Shown: positions 11,311-23,782, counted from the first letter of the stretch. The stretch is DNA of 64,000 bases from Bryobacterales bacterium (GCA_965213745.1 CBDBZZ010000007.1:3824-67823); one strand, 5' to 3'. The notes: generated by a model from the sequence alone, not told the origin. Numbers and translations are program-made.

Positions 11311-11848
11311 GGGGGCGAGCAATGAAACGGATACCGGTATCGGAGAGGCTGCCGGACGAGGTTATCGAACCGAAGTTTCATTCAGTGTGCTTTTCTCGGA
11401 GCATGCGCATTTCAGAACACGGGATTACGAGGTTGTGAAGCCTACGCATTGGACGTATTGTTCCCGAGCCCGATGCGGACTGCGAGCGGGTAGTTGGGAA
11501 AGGATCTGGCAATGAGTGAGGAATCTGCCTTAAAGAAACGGGGTTTTCCGAACGACGGGAGGATTCCCATACCGCTTGAAAGCTATTTCGGCGGTTAGCC
11601 GTCGTTTAAGAAAGAGGTTGTGCGTGTTGGAGCATTAGCCCGTTACGAGGTTGAGTGGTTGCGGTTGGCTGAACCCGGCGATGCGCCGGACTGGGACGTT
11701 TGGGAGAAGGCGCTGGCGCGAGCGGATGCTTTAGTTCAGAGCGTGGTTTACGCGGGCACTTCCAAGAAAGCCAGTTTGTGCTATCCACGCTGCAAATCTC
11801 GTCGGCTGCGAGGGCTGCTAGGGCCGCCCGCTCATCCCGCACGCCTAA

Positions 11849-12018
11849 GAGCCTGTTGAGAAAGTCCTCAGCGGACGTGAAGCCTGTCCAGCAACTCCTT
11901 GCAGGGCCCTGAAATGACCATGAAACGACTCCTGAAGGCCCTGAAACAGGTGCAAACCGGTGGTTCGCACGCGATTGCGCGACGGAAATCGTATCCTAGG
12001 GACTTTATCAACAGGCTG
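11849..12018. mobile_element. MITE family A, copy 1 (170 bp)
   Basis: TIRs GAGCCTGTTGAGAAAGTCC / GGACTTTATCAACAGGCTG; CTAA direct repeats at 11845-48 and 12019-22. Confidence 0.85.
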
Positions 12019-12170
12019 CTAAGCCGCGGATGAGGATTCCCCACCCGTTTGGGGATGGGTGCCAGACTGCCCATTCCTGCGCCAAAATCGCCGCCTGCGG
12101 GCTTCCGGCAAAAGCACATCCGGAAGTTCAGACGCTCACAGCGCGTCGGCGAGTGCGACAGGGTGACGGC

Positions 12171-12420
12171 ATGACGCGGGCATGGGCGGATCGGTGGACG
12201 GTGCTGGGCGTGGGCGCTGCGGTGGTGGCCACGATCCTGTAACATGCATACGAGCATAGACGCACGGCTGGATGCCTTGAGCGCACGGTTGGACGCTGTG
12301 GTCGCCAGCTTGGCCGACCTGCGCGAGCGTGTGGCGCGGACCGAGACGCGGCTGGAGGTACAACTCCCTAGGCCACCCGCAGCGCCAGCGAAACCAGGAT
12401 GCCGCCTGTGGGCTCCGTGA
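12171..12420 (+). pseudogene. Frameshifted small TM plus coiled-coil protein
   Basis: WTVLGVGAAVVATIL then, in another frame, IDARLDALSARLDAVVASLADLRERVARTETRLE. Confidence 0.45.
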
Positions 12421-12729
12421 GCGCTGGCCGTAGTATTGGCGGTAGCGCAGCCCAGTGCTGCATCCTGCCGCATCTGCAACTGATCGCAGGTCCTGCGCCG
12501 GAGTGTGCAGGATGATTGTAAGCCTCCGTAAACACATGACTTAATGCCGCAACCAGCCCTGCCTCGCCATAGTGATTTCCAGTTCCAAAGGGATACCGAC
12601 GGTGTGATTCCCGGCGCAGACGAAGCGCGATGCTCAGCTTGCGAGGGTATTTCCTTGCTTTGCTAGCTTCGGTTCGGATCGGTTTATTTTGGAGAAAACC
12701 TGTAGGATTCGGTCGAGTTTGGCGGCGGC

Positions 12730-13125
12730 ATTATGACATGGTGCGGAAAGGCCCTTTCATGGCGGATGTCTTCTGAGAGTTGCTAAAGCAGATCGCTGAG
12801 GGCGCAGGCTGGAGGGTTCTGTTCGTGGTCGACGATTGCAGGATGCCTCGTGCGCAGAGAGTCCAGGAGTGGCTGGCGGCGAACCGAGCCGCAAAAGAGC
12901 TCTGCTGGCAGTCGCCCTACTCGTCTCTAGGCAATCCGGTTGAATGGCTAGGGGCCCTTGGTCCAGCGTCGGGTCCGTCGCTATCTGGACACGACCAAAA
13001 CACAGCTGCGGGCCAACCTGGAAGCTGCTTGCCGGTCTTGGCGCAAAGCCTCGGAACAGGTGCAACCCCTTTTTCGAAAGGCAAACTGCCAGTCTGTTTT
13101 TGCCTGGATTCTGAGGACGCCGACC
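12730..13125 (+). mobile_element. IS630-family remnant
   Basis: VLFVVDDCRMPRA, SPYSSLGNPVE, TQLRANLEAAC; similar to 55375-56430 and 63100-64000. Confidence 0.75.
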
Positions 13126-13189
13126 TTGGTGCCGATCAGTAGGTCGTGGGTTCGGATGAACCAGCGTCCGTTTGCGGGGAGGCGGTACT

Positions 13190-14990
13190 GGGTGCGCTAC
13201 AGGCGCAGGCCGAGCAAGTCGAGGGCTTGCTGCTGCAGCGGCGTGGGGGCGGGGTGAGCAGGTCGAAGGGCTTGGCTTGGTCCAGCTGAGGCTGCACCCG
13301 GGTCTGGACGATGGTCGCCAAGGCGTCGAGGAGCGTACGGAAGCTGTGCAACGGCGCTCCCTCCGGCGTGCGCTGGGCGGCGGCCTTGCGCCGCGCCGCC
13401 GAGGCGCGCTCGGCTGGAGCGGCCTGCAGGTCGTCGGCGTCGAACAGCAGGGGTGCCAGCTTGCGGCGCATGTGCCATTCGATATAGTAGGCGAGCATGC
13501 ACAAGAAGACATGGGCGCGCACGGCGATCGGGGGCGGTAGGGGTGGATGGGCGGGGACCTGGAGATCGACGGTCTGGAAGCTGCGGAAGGCGCGTTCGAC
13601 GCGTCTGAGCCGCTGGTAGACGCGCACCGCGTCCGCGGTGCCGAGCTCGCTGGCGGGCAGGCTGGTGCGGAGGACATAGAGGCCGTCGAGCTGGGCCTCT
13701 TGGGCGATGCGCTCCTGGTTGCGCTGGGAAAACGAAGCCGTCTGCGGCGAATCTCCAGGTCGAAGTGCTGGGCCATGTTGTGTTTTGGCGACGACGTTGC
13801 CCACGCGCAGTCCCGATCCGGTCCCGGCCGGCGAGGGGGGCGCTGGGGCGCGTTGGGTTGGCGGCGAGGATCGTGCCGAGATCGCGCTCGGTGGCTTGCA
13901 GGAGGGCCTCGCGTTGGTGCGCCTGCTCCGCGGCGAGCATCGGGTGGTGGCAGGCGAGCAGGCGTTCCCCGGGGAAGTCTGGATGCTGGATCTCAGCTAG
14001 GTCGCGCTCAGCGAACAGCGAGGGCTGCAGCATCCCGCTTGAGGCCAGGGCGCGGAGCGCCGGGGTGGGCAGGGCGCTGATCCAGTCCAGCCCGGCCGGC
14101 TGGACCTCCTCGCGGATCCGGGTGCTGGGGAGCAGTCCGCGGTCGCCGACCAGCACCACCCGGGCGAGCCCGAAGCGGGTGCGCAGCTTGGCGATTTGAG
14201 CGCCATAGGTGGCGGGGTCGGCGGCGTTGCCCTCAAACACCTCGACCGCCACCGGGCAGCCCTTGGGCGTTGCACAGCAGGCCGAACACGATCCGCATCT
14301 CGCCGTGCTGGCCGTCGCCGAAAGCAGCCGTGGCGCGCCAGCGGGTGGCAGGGGCCCTCGACCCAGGTCGAGGGTGACGTCGTAGAGCATCAGAGCGCCG
14401 TCGGCGAGATGCCGCTGGGCCAGCTGCTTCTCGATCGTCCCCTGGCGTTTCAGCAGCCAGTCCAGCGTGCTGTAGAGCGCGTCCGCATCCGCTTGTTCCA
14501 GAGCGAGCGCTTCGCCCAGCGTTGTGGCTCAACGCCTCGTCGCACAGACCGGCGGGCGGTGGCCAGCTGGGAGCGCGGCGCGACCATGCGGGCCACGATC
14601 ATGGCCACTGCCAGCTCGCGCCGGCGCGAGGGCCTGGCGGCGAGCAGCCGGTCGAGCCCGAGTTGGCGCAAGGATCCCAGCACGGCTGCGACATGGCCGT
14701 GGGGCCTGGAGCGCACGATATGGAAGGCGTCCTCGGGAGAGACGAGGGTTTCGTTTTTGAGTGCGCGGCGCAAGGTCTCGATCTTGGCGGGGGGCCAGTT
14801 GGTGAGGTTGGCGAGGGTCCTCTTGCGGACGCGCTTTCCCTCGCGCCAGCCCTCCCGGAGGAGGATGGCAGGTCGCGAACTGCGGTTCGGGACAACATCG
14901 ATGTACATGGCAACTACTATAAATTTTAAACTTTACTTTGTCATATTCAAAACTCATATTGCATGGCAACGAATCGATAGCTGCCATTGT
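13190..14990 (-). mobile_element. IS1634-family element with frameshifted transposase (ATG 14908)
   Basis: MYIDVVPNRSSRPAILLREGWREG, LYDVT, GCPVAVEVFEGN, VGDRG, LDGLYVLRT, VERAFR, VRAHVFLCMLAYY spread across frames. Confidence 0.88.
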
Positions 14991-15287
14991 CTTTAACCTG
15001 TTGAAAACAATGATTTACAGGAACAATCACTCGCGAAGCAACCGGAAGTGCAGCTTGGGCCGCGAGGGAGCCGGGGGCGAGGATCGTCTTCGCCGATGAA
15101 TCCGGGCGCAACAAGCTCCGGGGGGAGACGCCCGCGGCGCGTGCGGCCAGCATGCGCTTTCGCCTGCACCGGCTCGCCGCCAGCAGACCGGAAGGCGAAC
15201 TGTGCCGCCGCGAGTTGGCCGCAGCGGGCGTCTACTGGGGCCGCTCTTCGCCGGACTCGCTCCCCGGCCCGAAAGCAGTCCGGGACG

Positions 15288-16613
15288 TCAGGCCGTTGCG
15301 GCCGGAATCGTGCCGTAGGAGGTAGGGAACTCGCGGATGGGAGCCCCGACCTCGGCGGCGACCGTGCGGTAGAGGTCGCCGAAAGTGCCTGTGACGCGGC
15401 TGTGGTGGCCAGGGCGCAGCCGACCCGCCCGCCCGGCCAAAATGACCGCGCCGCCGCTGTTCTTGTGGAAGTTCGCTTCCGCGTGCTCATGCACGAACAG
15501 CAGGGCGCAGTTGTCCAGGATCGAGCCGGCACCCTCGGGAGTGCTCTTGAGCTTGCCCACGAGATAGGCGAACTCGGCGACATGCCAGCGACAGATGTCG
15601 CGCATCACCTCCTGCTGGCGCTCGCGGTGCGGCCCGCCCAGATGGGAATACTCGTGGTGCCTGGCGAAGGAAAGCCCGAGCCACGGGAACCGCGTCAAGC
15701 TCTGGCACTTCGTGAGCATGTACGAGGCCACACGCGTCTGGCCGGACGCGAAGGCATGCATCAGCAGGTCGCTCTGGAGCTTCGCGATGCGCGGATAGTC
15801 CCGGGGGTCGCCTCCCGGCTCGGGCGGCTCGACGGTCTCCGCGTACTCCGCGGGGAATTCGGCGATCGCACGTTCGATGTCGAAGACAGAGGCCAGGTAC
15901 TCGTCGATGCGGTGCGAGTCCTCCTGGCCCAGCGTCGCCCGCAGGGCGCGGGCCTGCCCTTGCACGCTGTCGAGGATGCTGCGCTTGCGGTTGGCCCAGC
16001 CCTCGTCGAGCGTGCCGAAGAGCCGGTCGAACAGCTTCTGCGGGATGACCTCCGGCGGCAGCGCCCGGTCCTTGGCGCTCCAGCTCATGTTGCGCTGCAT
16101 GCTGCTGCCGAAGGACTCCTGGCACACTCCGATTTGCAGCGACGGAAACCTGGATTCCTGCCCGATCCCGGCTGCGACGAGTTGGTCGATGGACGGAGCG
16201 CCCGCCCCGATCCCGGTGTACTTGGCCCCCGACACGAGGGCGCTCATCGAGCGCTGGTGGCCGTTGCCGGCGCCGCTCGTCTGGCCGTTCGGGTTGTCCA
16301 GCCCGGAGAGGATCTGCACATCGCCCTGGAGGCGCGCCAAGGGCGCCAGGCAAGGCGGCAAAGCATAGTCGGGCCCGGTCTCGCGCGGAATCCAGTAGCG
16401 CTCTGGGATGCCGTTGCCGTTGAACCAAAAAACGAACCGAGTCGGGGGCTGCTCCGCGTCGAAACGTCCCTCGCGGGCCGCGTACGCGGTGCCCGAGGAG
16501 TTGAACATGCAGGCCAGCGGCGGCAGCGCCAGGCGGGCCGCCGCCCCGGCCACGCCTACGCTTCTGAGGAATGTCCGACGCGGCAGGGGCTGCGGCTTCA
16601 TGGCTGGCTCCAA
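15288..16613 (-). CDS. DUF1552 domain-containing protein
   Basis: RRTFLR twin-arginine-like start; [44 protein letters not shown]; start may be 16601. Confidence 0.85.
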   Translation of the reverse strand: MEPAMKPQPLPRRTFLRSVGVAGAAARLALPPLACMFNSSGTAYAAREGRFDAEQPPTRFVFWFNGNGIPERYWIPRETGPDYALPPCLAPLARLQGDVQILSGLDNPNGQTSGAGNGHQRSMSALVSGAKYTGIGAGAPSIDQLVAAGIGQESRFPSLQIGVCQESFGSSMQRNMSWSAKDRALPPEVIPQKLFDRLFGTLDEGWANRKRSILDSVQGQARALRATLGQEDSHRIDEYLASVFDIERAIAEFPAEYAETVEPPEPGGDPRDYPRIAKLQSDLLMHAFASGQTRVASYMLTKCQSLTRFPWLGLSFARHHEYSHLGGPHRERQQEVMRDICRWHVAEFAYLVGKLKSTPEGAGSILDNCALLFVHEHAEANFHKNSGGAVILAGRAGRLRPGHHSRVTGTFGDLYRTVAAEVGAPIREFPTSYGTIPAATA

Positions 16614-18655
16614 TCGACTTCCAGGTACTCCTCGCTAGCGACCAAGCCCAGGACGAGCTCGCGGAACCGGAACCCGGAAACTCGAAAACGATTATACGCC
16701 CGGTCCAGGAGCGGCGCATCGGCCCGCCGCTCGTGGCGCCCGAAGAGATATCGGAACAGCTGCTTGGCGATGCATTGCTGGCAGACGGAGGAATTGGCGA
16801 GAATCCGGCCAGCTCCCTTCGGCGATGCGAACGCCGAGTCGGGGATACCCGCGATGTAGCCCGAGGAATCGATCTCCAGTTCGTAGGTCTGCGCCTTCTG
16901 GCCTTCCCGCTCCTGCTCCGGGGTCGGCTGGACTCGGACAGGCTCGGTCTCGCGGTAGCCCCCGATTGCGTCGTAATGCTCGAAACCGAAGCCGATCGGG
17001 TCGACCAGGCGATGGCATGACACACAAGCCTCGTCGGTCGCGTGCAGCGACTCCATGCTCTCCCGCACCGTCATGGGCTTGGCGCCGAGCGAGAGGGGCG
17101 GCAGCGAGGCGTCTACTCCGGGCGGCGGAGGGGGCACCGTCTGGCAAAGGAAGTGCTCGCGGACGAACAAGCCCCGCTCGGTCGGGGAGGTCTGGACCGA
17201 CTTGCCCGTCTGGGCCAGGTAGGTCCCGTGCCCGAGGATTCCCGCCCGGGTCGAGCCGGATGCATAAGGGGTCTTGCCGAAGGCCGCCTCGGGATCGGGC
17301 ATGCCGTATACCTTCGTCAGGAAATCGTCGACAAAGCTGTAGTCGGCCGAGAAGAACTCGCGGAAGTCCAAGTCGCTCCACACGAGGTGGCGGAAGAGGA
17401 GCCGCGACTCCTCCGCCATGCTTTGCGCGACTTCCGGCCCGTAGTCCCGGAACCGGTTGCGGTCCTTCACCGCGGAGAGCAGCCGGTCGAACCGCATCCA
17501 TTGGGCGAAGAAGGTGTCCAGCGCCTCCTGCGCCGCGGGCAGCGCGAGCATCCGGCGGGCCTGGGCTTCAACTTCGGCGCGAGTTTCCAGAGCTCCGCTC
17601 GCCGCAGCCTCGGTGAGTTCCTCGTCCGGCGGGGCGTTCCATAGGCCGTAGGACAGCTTGGCGGCGGTTGCGTAGGGCTTGCGCGGGCTGCCCGGGGGGT
17701 GCGGCACCAGGAAGAGGAAGTGCGGCGACTGCAGGATGGCCTCGGCCACTGCGCGGGCACCGTCTAGGAATTCCCCTCGCTCCGCCGCCCACCGCAGGAG
17801 GAGGTCCGCGTAGGCGCTGGATTCGGTGGGCTCGAGCGGGCGGCGGTACGCCTTGGCCCCGAACTCGCGGACGAACGCCTCGGCGCAGGCCCGGTCGGCA
17901 GCGGACCCAGGCTGGCAGGGGAGAAGCCTTTGCTCGTCTCCGTAGCGGAACGCGTTGCGGCTGAGTTTCTCGGCGGACCGGCCATACGCGTCGGCGAGCA
18001 TCGGCGTGACAGCCTGGGTGGAGGCCTGGTTGGTGTAGCCGTTGACGAAGTCCTCGGCCGGGAAGTTGCGGGCCGGGCGCGTGCGGTCGTTGAGCAGATA
18101 GCGGACTGTGTTGTCGTATTGAACATGCGACAGCCGACGCAGGGGTTCCAGTCGGCGCCGAGTTGGCGGTTCCCTCCCGGAGGCGACCGGAACCGGGGGG
18201 GCCTCCGAGGCTAGGTGTGCGATCCAGGCGCGAAGGAGCCGCTCTTCGGCGCTGCCCGGCTCGATGAGTTGCCCGCCGGTGTGCTCCAGGCGGTTCGTGG
18301 GCTTGAGGAGCAGCGGGGATTGCTCCGGTTCGCTGCGGTCCACCAGCGCCGCGAGCCCGAGCCCGAATCTGTCGATCTCGGCTGCCGCCGAGCCGTCCAC
18401 GGGAAAATGCAGGCGAGTCCCGGAGGCCACTCCCGAGGCGTTGTGGCAAGCCCGGCAGTTCCGGGCTTCCAGCACGGGGAACAAGTCGGTCCGGAAGTCG
18501 ATGCCCGACGCGGCCATCGCCCCCGGAGCGAGCGCAACGACCCACAGCAGCCTCGGGAGAACGTCAGCGAGCGCTCGGCTCTGGCTAGCGGCTAGCACGA
18601 TCCGAAGTGCTGACTTCCCGAGGGATTCGTTGCGCAAAGGGCCCGCAGCGCACAA
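16598..18655 (-). CDS. DUF1592/DUF1588/DUF1595-type cytochrome c-like protein
   Basis: CRACH and CVSCH heme motifs; [46 protein letters not shown]; start codon uncertain. Confidence 0.85.
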   Translation of the reverse strand: MCAAGPLRNESLGKSALRIVLAASQSRALADVLPRLLWVVALAPGAMAASGIDFRTDLFPVLEARNCRACHNASGVASGTRLHFPVDGSAAAEIDRFGLGLAALVDRSEPEQSPLLLKPTNRLEHTGGQLIEPGSAEERLLRAWIAHLASEAPPVPVASGREPPTRRRLEPLRRLSHVQYDNTVRYLLNDRTRPARNFPAEDFVNGYTNQASTQAVTPMLADAYGRSAEKLSRNAFRYGDEQRLLPCQPGSAADRACAEAFVREFGAKAYRRPLEPTESSAYADLLLRWAAERGEFLDGARAVAEAILQSPHFLFLVPHPPGSPRKPYATAAKLSYGLWNAPPDEELTEAAASGALETRAEVEAQARRMLALPAAQEALDTFFAQWMRFDRLLSAVKDRNRFRDYGPEVAQSMAEESRLLFRHLVWSDLDFREFFSADYSFVDDFLTKVYGMPDPEAAFGKTPYASGSTRAGILGHGTYLAQTGKSVQTSPTERGLFVREHFLCQTVPPPPPGVDASLPPLSLGAKPMTVRESMESLHATDEACVSCHRLVDPIGFGFEHYDAIGGYRETEPVRVQPTPEQEREGQKAQTYELEIDSSGYIAGIPDSAFASPKGAGRILANSSVCQQCIAKQLFRYLFGRHERRADAPLLDRAYNRFRVSGFRFRELVLGLVASEEYLEVDWSQP

Positions 18656-18760
18656 GCAGGATCAGTATACAAGCCCGTCCCGAGGTTGATCGGCGGGGGA
18701 GCGGAGCGTTCGGCAGGCCAGGCCGACCGGAACTCGGCGGGGAGGGGCTGCCGAAGGGCT

Positions 18761-18769
18761 TGGTAATCT
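18761..18769 (+). promoter_or_regulatory. Extended -10 promoter element, probably giving a leaderless transcript
   Basis: TGGTAATCT 6 nt upstream of TTG 18776; no SD. Confidence 0.45.
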
Positions 18770-18775
18770 GAGCGG

Positions 18776-19465
18776 TTGCCCGTCCTGCAGTTCGTCGGAG
18801 TCTCGAAACGCTACGCGCTGGCCGGGCAGAGCGTTGTCGCGCTGGAGGATGTCACGCTAGCGGTGGAACGGGGCGAGTTCGTCGCCCTCGTCGGCCGGAG
18901 CGGCTGCGGCAAGAGCACTCTCTTGAACCTGGCGGGGGCCATGGACCTGCCCACGGCTGGCGATGTGCATATCGACGGCCGCTCGACGAGCGAGCTCAAC
19001 GATGACGAGCTGACCTCGGTGCGACGCGCCAAGGTGGGTTTTGTGTTTCAGTTCTTCCAACTGCTGCCTGCCCTGAGCGCCGTGGAGAATGTCGAGCTCC
19101 CGCTGCAGCTCGCGGGCCGTCCCCATCCCCGCCGCCGGGCCCTCGAGGTGCTCGACCTTGTCGGCCTCCAGGGCCTGGCGGCTCGGCTCCCGTTCCAGCT
19201 CTCCGGCGGGCAGCTGCAGCGCGTCGCCGTTGCGCGGGCGCTGGTGCATGCGCCTTGCCTGCTGCTCGCTGACGAGCCGCTGGGCAACCTCGATTCCGAG
19301 ACAGCGGAGGGCATCCTGGACTTGCTGGGGCGAGTCCATCGGGAGGTTGGCACGAGCGTGGTGATGGCCACGCACAGCCTCGAGTCGGCCCTGCGAGCCG
19401 ATCGCGTGCTGCAGCTCAGCGACGGGCGGCTGGTCTCGGACGGCCCGCCGCGCCGCACGGCATAG
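18776..19465 (+). CDS. LolD/MacB-type ABC transporter ATP-binding protein (AttE-like)
   Basis: GRSGCGKST Walker A, LSGGQ signature, LLADEP Walker B, H-loop ATH. Confidence 0.92.
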   Translation: MPVLQFVGVSKRYALAGQSVVALEDVTLAVERGEFVALVGRSGCGKSTLLNLAGAMDLPTAGDVHIDGRSTSELNDDELTSVRRAKVGFVFQFFQLLPALSAVENVELPLQLAGRPHPRRRALEVLDLVGLQGLAARLPFQLSGGQLQRVAVARALVHAPCLLLADEPLGNLDSETAEGILDLLGRVHREVGTSVVMATHSLESALRADRVLQLSDGRLVSDGPPRRTA

Positions 19466-19469
19466 CGCC

Positions 19470-20119
19470 GTGCATCTCCCGCTGCCTCCGCACCGGCTCG
19501 TCGGGCGGTCCCGGACGCAGGAGCTGGCCCGGTCGGTAGGGGATTCTGCAGGTCTGCGGAATCCCCGCAGAGGTGCCCGCTGGTCTTGCGACGCTGCCGG
19601 CGCTTTCGCGGCGCGGCGATCGGCTAGGGTTGAGGGTTTCCGCTCGCCTTGATCGAGGCCTTCCAGAAGCAGTCCTGCCGGCTGGGCGTCCGAGTTGGTC
19701 TAAGCTACGAGTCTGAACTCCCGCTGCGTGTCCTTGTGCTTCCGCGTGCTGCCTTCCGGGAGCGCCGGGGAGGGCCTGGAGCCACCGCCACAGCTCGGGG
19801 GGCGCTCGAATCCTTGCCGCTGTGCGCGCCAACTAGCGGGTCTTGGCGGGCTCGAGGCCCTGACGGCAAGAGTCCCGTTCCGACCGTTCGTGCGGCAGCC
19901 GCCACGGGCCGCTGCTGCCAGGGCGCTCGCGCAGGCTCCGAGACGGCTGCCGGCCTGCGGGCCGCTCCGAATCTGGGGCGCGGAGACGGCGGTGGGCGTT
20001 GCGGATCGCCGGAGCGCGCCCGGCGGGATCCGGGCACGAGCGTGGTGATGGCCGCCGGGATCCTAAGCCTTGGTGGCGGACGGCTCGGTTCCGCCCGCCT
20101 GCCGAAGCGCGCCAGGTGA
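19470..20119 (+). pseudogene. Heavily diverged ghost duplicate of the permease start and the ATPase C-half
   Basis: 19470-19530 resembles the permease start; 19728-~20010 aligns codon-for-codon with ATPase 19043-~19325; GGCACGAGCGTGGTGATGGCC is repeated at 19349 and 20033. Confidence 0.75.
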
Positions 20120-20123
20120 GGAC

Positions 20124-22663
20124 ATGCATCTCCTCCTGCCTGGCTACCGGCTCATCGGGCGCCCCCTGCTGCAGGAACCCGCTCGCACACTCCTCACCAC
20201 CGTGGCCGTCGCCATCGGGGTCGCCGTAATCGCTGCGATCGACTTGGCCGGCGATGCCGCGGCTGGTTCGTTTCGGTCGTCGATGGAGACGCTGCAAGGC
20301 ACTGCGGACTATGAGATCGGGCAGGTCGGCGGCATTCCGGAATCCGTGCTCGGTGACCTCGTAGCGTTGCCGGAGCCTCTGCGGTTCTCGGCCCGGATCG
20401 AGGGTTTCGCCACCGATCCCGCCAGCGGAGAGCGCCTGGCACTTTTCGGGGTCGATTTGTTGGGCGATCCGATGCTGGGGGAGTGGAGCGGCCTCGATGC
20501 TCCCGCACTGGCCGACCTGATGGATAGCCGCGCCGTGTGGGTGAGCGAGGCCTTGGGAGCCGGGGCAGGGGAGCAGCTCGCGTTGATCGTCAACGACCGC
20601 CTCGAACACTTCGGCGTGCGGGGCATTCTGCGGGGCTCCGCCTTCCAGGACGCCTCCCTGGGCAAGCTGGTGCTCATGGACTTGGCTTTGGCCCAGCGGG
20701 CGCTCGACCGTCTGGGGCGGCTGGACCGGATCTACGTGCAGGCGCCGGACGGCCGAGGCCGGAACTGGCCGCAAGTCCTCAGCAACCACCTGCCGGCTTC
20801 CGCGACGGTGGAGCCAGCAGGCGTCCAGTCCGAGCAAAACCGGAAGATGCTCAGGGCTTTCCGCTGGAACCTTCGAGTCTTGAGCTATATTTCCCTCCTG
20901 GTCGGGGCCTTCCTGATCTACAACACCGTCTCGGTCTCTGTGGTGCGCCGCAGGCCACAGATCGGCGTGGTGCGGGCTCTCGGTGCGTCGCAGGGAATGG
21001 TCCGCCGGGCATTCGTGGCGGAGGGGTGCGTGCTCGGCGTCGCGGGCACGGCACTCGGGCTGCCGCTCGGCCGGGCTCTGGCCGAGGTCGCCGTGGGGGC
21101 CATGGGGCAGACGGTTGATGCGCTGTACGTCAGCAGCACTCCCGGTGAGATCGCCTGGAGCCCCTGGAACTTGGGCCTTGCTGCGTGCGCAGGGCTGGGG
21201 GTGTCCCTGGCGGCGGCGTGGGGCCCCGCTCGCGAGGCCTCGGCGGTGCCCCCCACCGAGGCCATGGCCAAGGCGCGGCTCGACTATGCCGCGGCGCAGG
21301 GGGTACGGCAGGTGGGCCAAGCGAGCCGTTTGGTGCGCCGCCGCCTCGGCGATGCTCTGCCTGGTGCCGGCCTGGGAGCGCATCCCGGTCGCCGGGTACG
21401 TAGCGGCCTTGGGCCTGATCGGCGCTGCCGCGATGCTGGTGCCCCAAACCACTGCGGCGGGCCTGCGCCTTGCAGCCAGGCCGTTCTCTCTGGCGCTGGG
21501 AGCGGCCGGGAAGCTCGGCGCGCGAACCCTAGCTGCGGCTCTCGGGCGGACCTCGGTGATGGTCGCAGCGCTCTCCACGGCGACCGCCATGATGGTCAGC
21601 GTCGGCATCATGGTCGGAAGCTTCCGGGAGACCGTGGTCCTGTGGATGGACAATCAACTGAGGGCGGACCTGTACGTTCGGGCGGCGGGGCGGTCCGCCC
21701 CCAGCGAGAGTCCGACGATCGGCGAGGAGGTCGCCCGGCGGATCGCAGACCTGCCGGGCGTAGCGGCCGTGGACCGGTTCCGCAGCTACCCGATCACCTA
21801 TGGCGGGCTGCCGGCCAGCCTAGCTTGGGGAGACGTCCGCATTCACGGCCGCCGATCGGGCGTCCGGTTCCTCCACGGAGCCGACCCCGAATCCGTTTGG
21901 AGCCAGCTCGTCGCGGGCGACAGCCTCATAGCCAGCGAGCCGTTCAGCCAGAAGCACGGCGTCCGCGTCGGCGACCGCCTGCGGCTGCCTGTCGGCGAGC
22001 GCATCGTCGACTTTGCGGTGGCGGGTATCTTCTACGACTATTCCGGGGAGCAGGGCATTCTCATCGGGGACCGCTCGGTGCTGCTGCGCTACCTTCCAGA
22101 TCCCCGGGCAACCAGCCTCGCGGTGTACCTCGAGCGCGACGCGGAGGAGGAGGCCGTACGCAGCGAGATCGTCCGCGCCGTGGCCGGACGCCGCTTGGCG
22201 GTGGCGCGCAACCGGCAGCTGCGGGAGCGGGCCATCGAGGTGTTCGACCGCACCTTCGCCATCACGTACGCTCTGGAGGCCGTGGCCGTGGCGGTGGCGA
22301 TTCTGGGCTTGGCCGGAGCGCTGCTCACGTTGGTGATCGACCGCAGGGCGGAATTGGCGGGTGCTGCGGGTCATCGGAGCGTCCCAGGGCCAGATCCGGC
22401 GGCTGGTCCTGGCTGAGGCCGGGTATGCTCGGCCTCGTCTCGAACGGCATCGGTTTGCGGGCCTGGGAGCAGCATTGTCCCTGGTCCCTGATCAAGGTCA
22501 TCAACAAGCAATCCTTCGGCTGGACGATCCAGTTCCACTGGCCGCTGGGCTTCCTGGTCGGGGGCTCTCGGATTGGTCTACGCTGCGAGCCTCGTTTCCG
22601 GCCTGTATCCCGCCCGCATCGCCGCGTCGCGGGATCCGAGGGGAGGCCTTGCACGAGGAATGA
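20124..22663 (+). CDS. FtsX-like ABC permease (AttF/G-like), interrupted by small insertions
   Basis: Two MacB/FtsX halves (AFLIYNTVSVSVVRRR..RALGAS; VFDRTFAITYAL; VINKQSFGWTIQF); frame restored by removing extra bases. Confidence 0.85.
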
Positions 22664-23782
22664 GGCTCCCGCATGCGTTGCTGGCGGTCGCCGCCGCAGG
22701 GCGGCTAGCCGCATTCGAGCCAGCCTTGCCGGGATACCAGTTCTCGTTTCCCCCGCGACCACTTCGAGCATCCCGGCTTCGAAACCGAGTGGTGGTACTA
22801 CACCGGGAACCTGCGCAATCCCGACGGGCACCGCTTCGGTTTCGAGCTGACCTTCTTCCGGCTAGCCGTCGAGCGGGACGCGCCGGCGGTGAGCGCTTGG
22901 GATGTCGATCAGGTATACCTGGCCCACTTCGCAGTCAGCGATATCGATTCCGGGCGATTCCTACCGGGCCGAGAGGCTCAATCGTGCGGGTCCCGGGCTC
23001 GCCGGGGCGGCGGAGGAACGGAGGCGCATCTGGAACGGCAACTGGAGCGCGACTTGGCTGCCCGAGAAGCCCGACATGCCGACCCAGGTGCTGCGGGCGC
23101 TTAGCGAGGAGACCTCGCTCGAATTGCGCCTCGAGCCCCGGGAAGCCGGCCGTGGTCCACGGCGCGGACCGGCGTCAGCCGCAAGGCCGCCGGGCGCGGC
23201 AAGGCGTCGCACTACATCTCCTTCACCCGGCTGTCGGCGCACGGCAGGCTCACAGTGAACGGGAGCGCCCACGAGGTGGAGGGGCACGGCCTGGATGGAC
23301 CACGAGTTCTCGACGGACAGCCTCGGGCCCGATCAGACGGGCTGGGACTGGTTCAGCGTCCAGCTGGGACGAGTGGCAACGACCTCATGCTGTATGGCAT
23401 GCGGGGCAGCGACGGCCGGCACGACCGGTTCTCGTCGGGCACGTTCGTGGACAAGGACGGGCGGGCGACGCCGCTGGGCCGGGACGACTTCGCCTTGCGG
23501 CCGCGACGGAGGTGGCGCAGCGCCGAGACGGGGGCGTCCTATCCCGTCGAATGGACCATCGAGGTGCCGCGTTACGGATACAGCTTGCAGTGCCGCCCGC
23601 TGATGGACGCCCAGGAAGTTGCGGGGCGGCTCGGTGCGGCCCCCGTGTACTGGGAAGGGGCTGTGGCCTACACCGGGGAACGGGCGGGAACGCCAGTCCG
23701 GGGGGGCGGATACCTGGAGATGACCGGTTACGACAAGCCGATCAGCCTGGGACTGACGGGCAGGGCAGCGGCGGACGAGTGA
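22660..23782 (+). CDS. AttH/CrtC-like lipocalin-domain protein, interrupted by single-base insertions
   Basis: FPRDH..HP.FETEWWYYTGNL, WMDHEFS, GWDWFSVQL, YWEGAV, GYLEMTGY; ATGA overlap with the permease. Confidence 0.85.

Noticed and set aside
11513-11845. Low-GC frame MSEESALKKRGF..YEVEWLRL cut by MITE A
   Set aside because: Internal stop and truncation, no recognisable motif
19728-20060. Possible DGR template/variable repeat pair with the ABC ATPase
   Set aside because: Differences affect all four bases, not adenines specifically, and no reverse transcriptase is present
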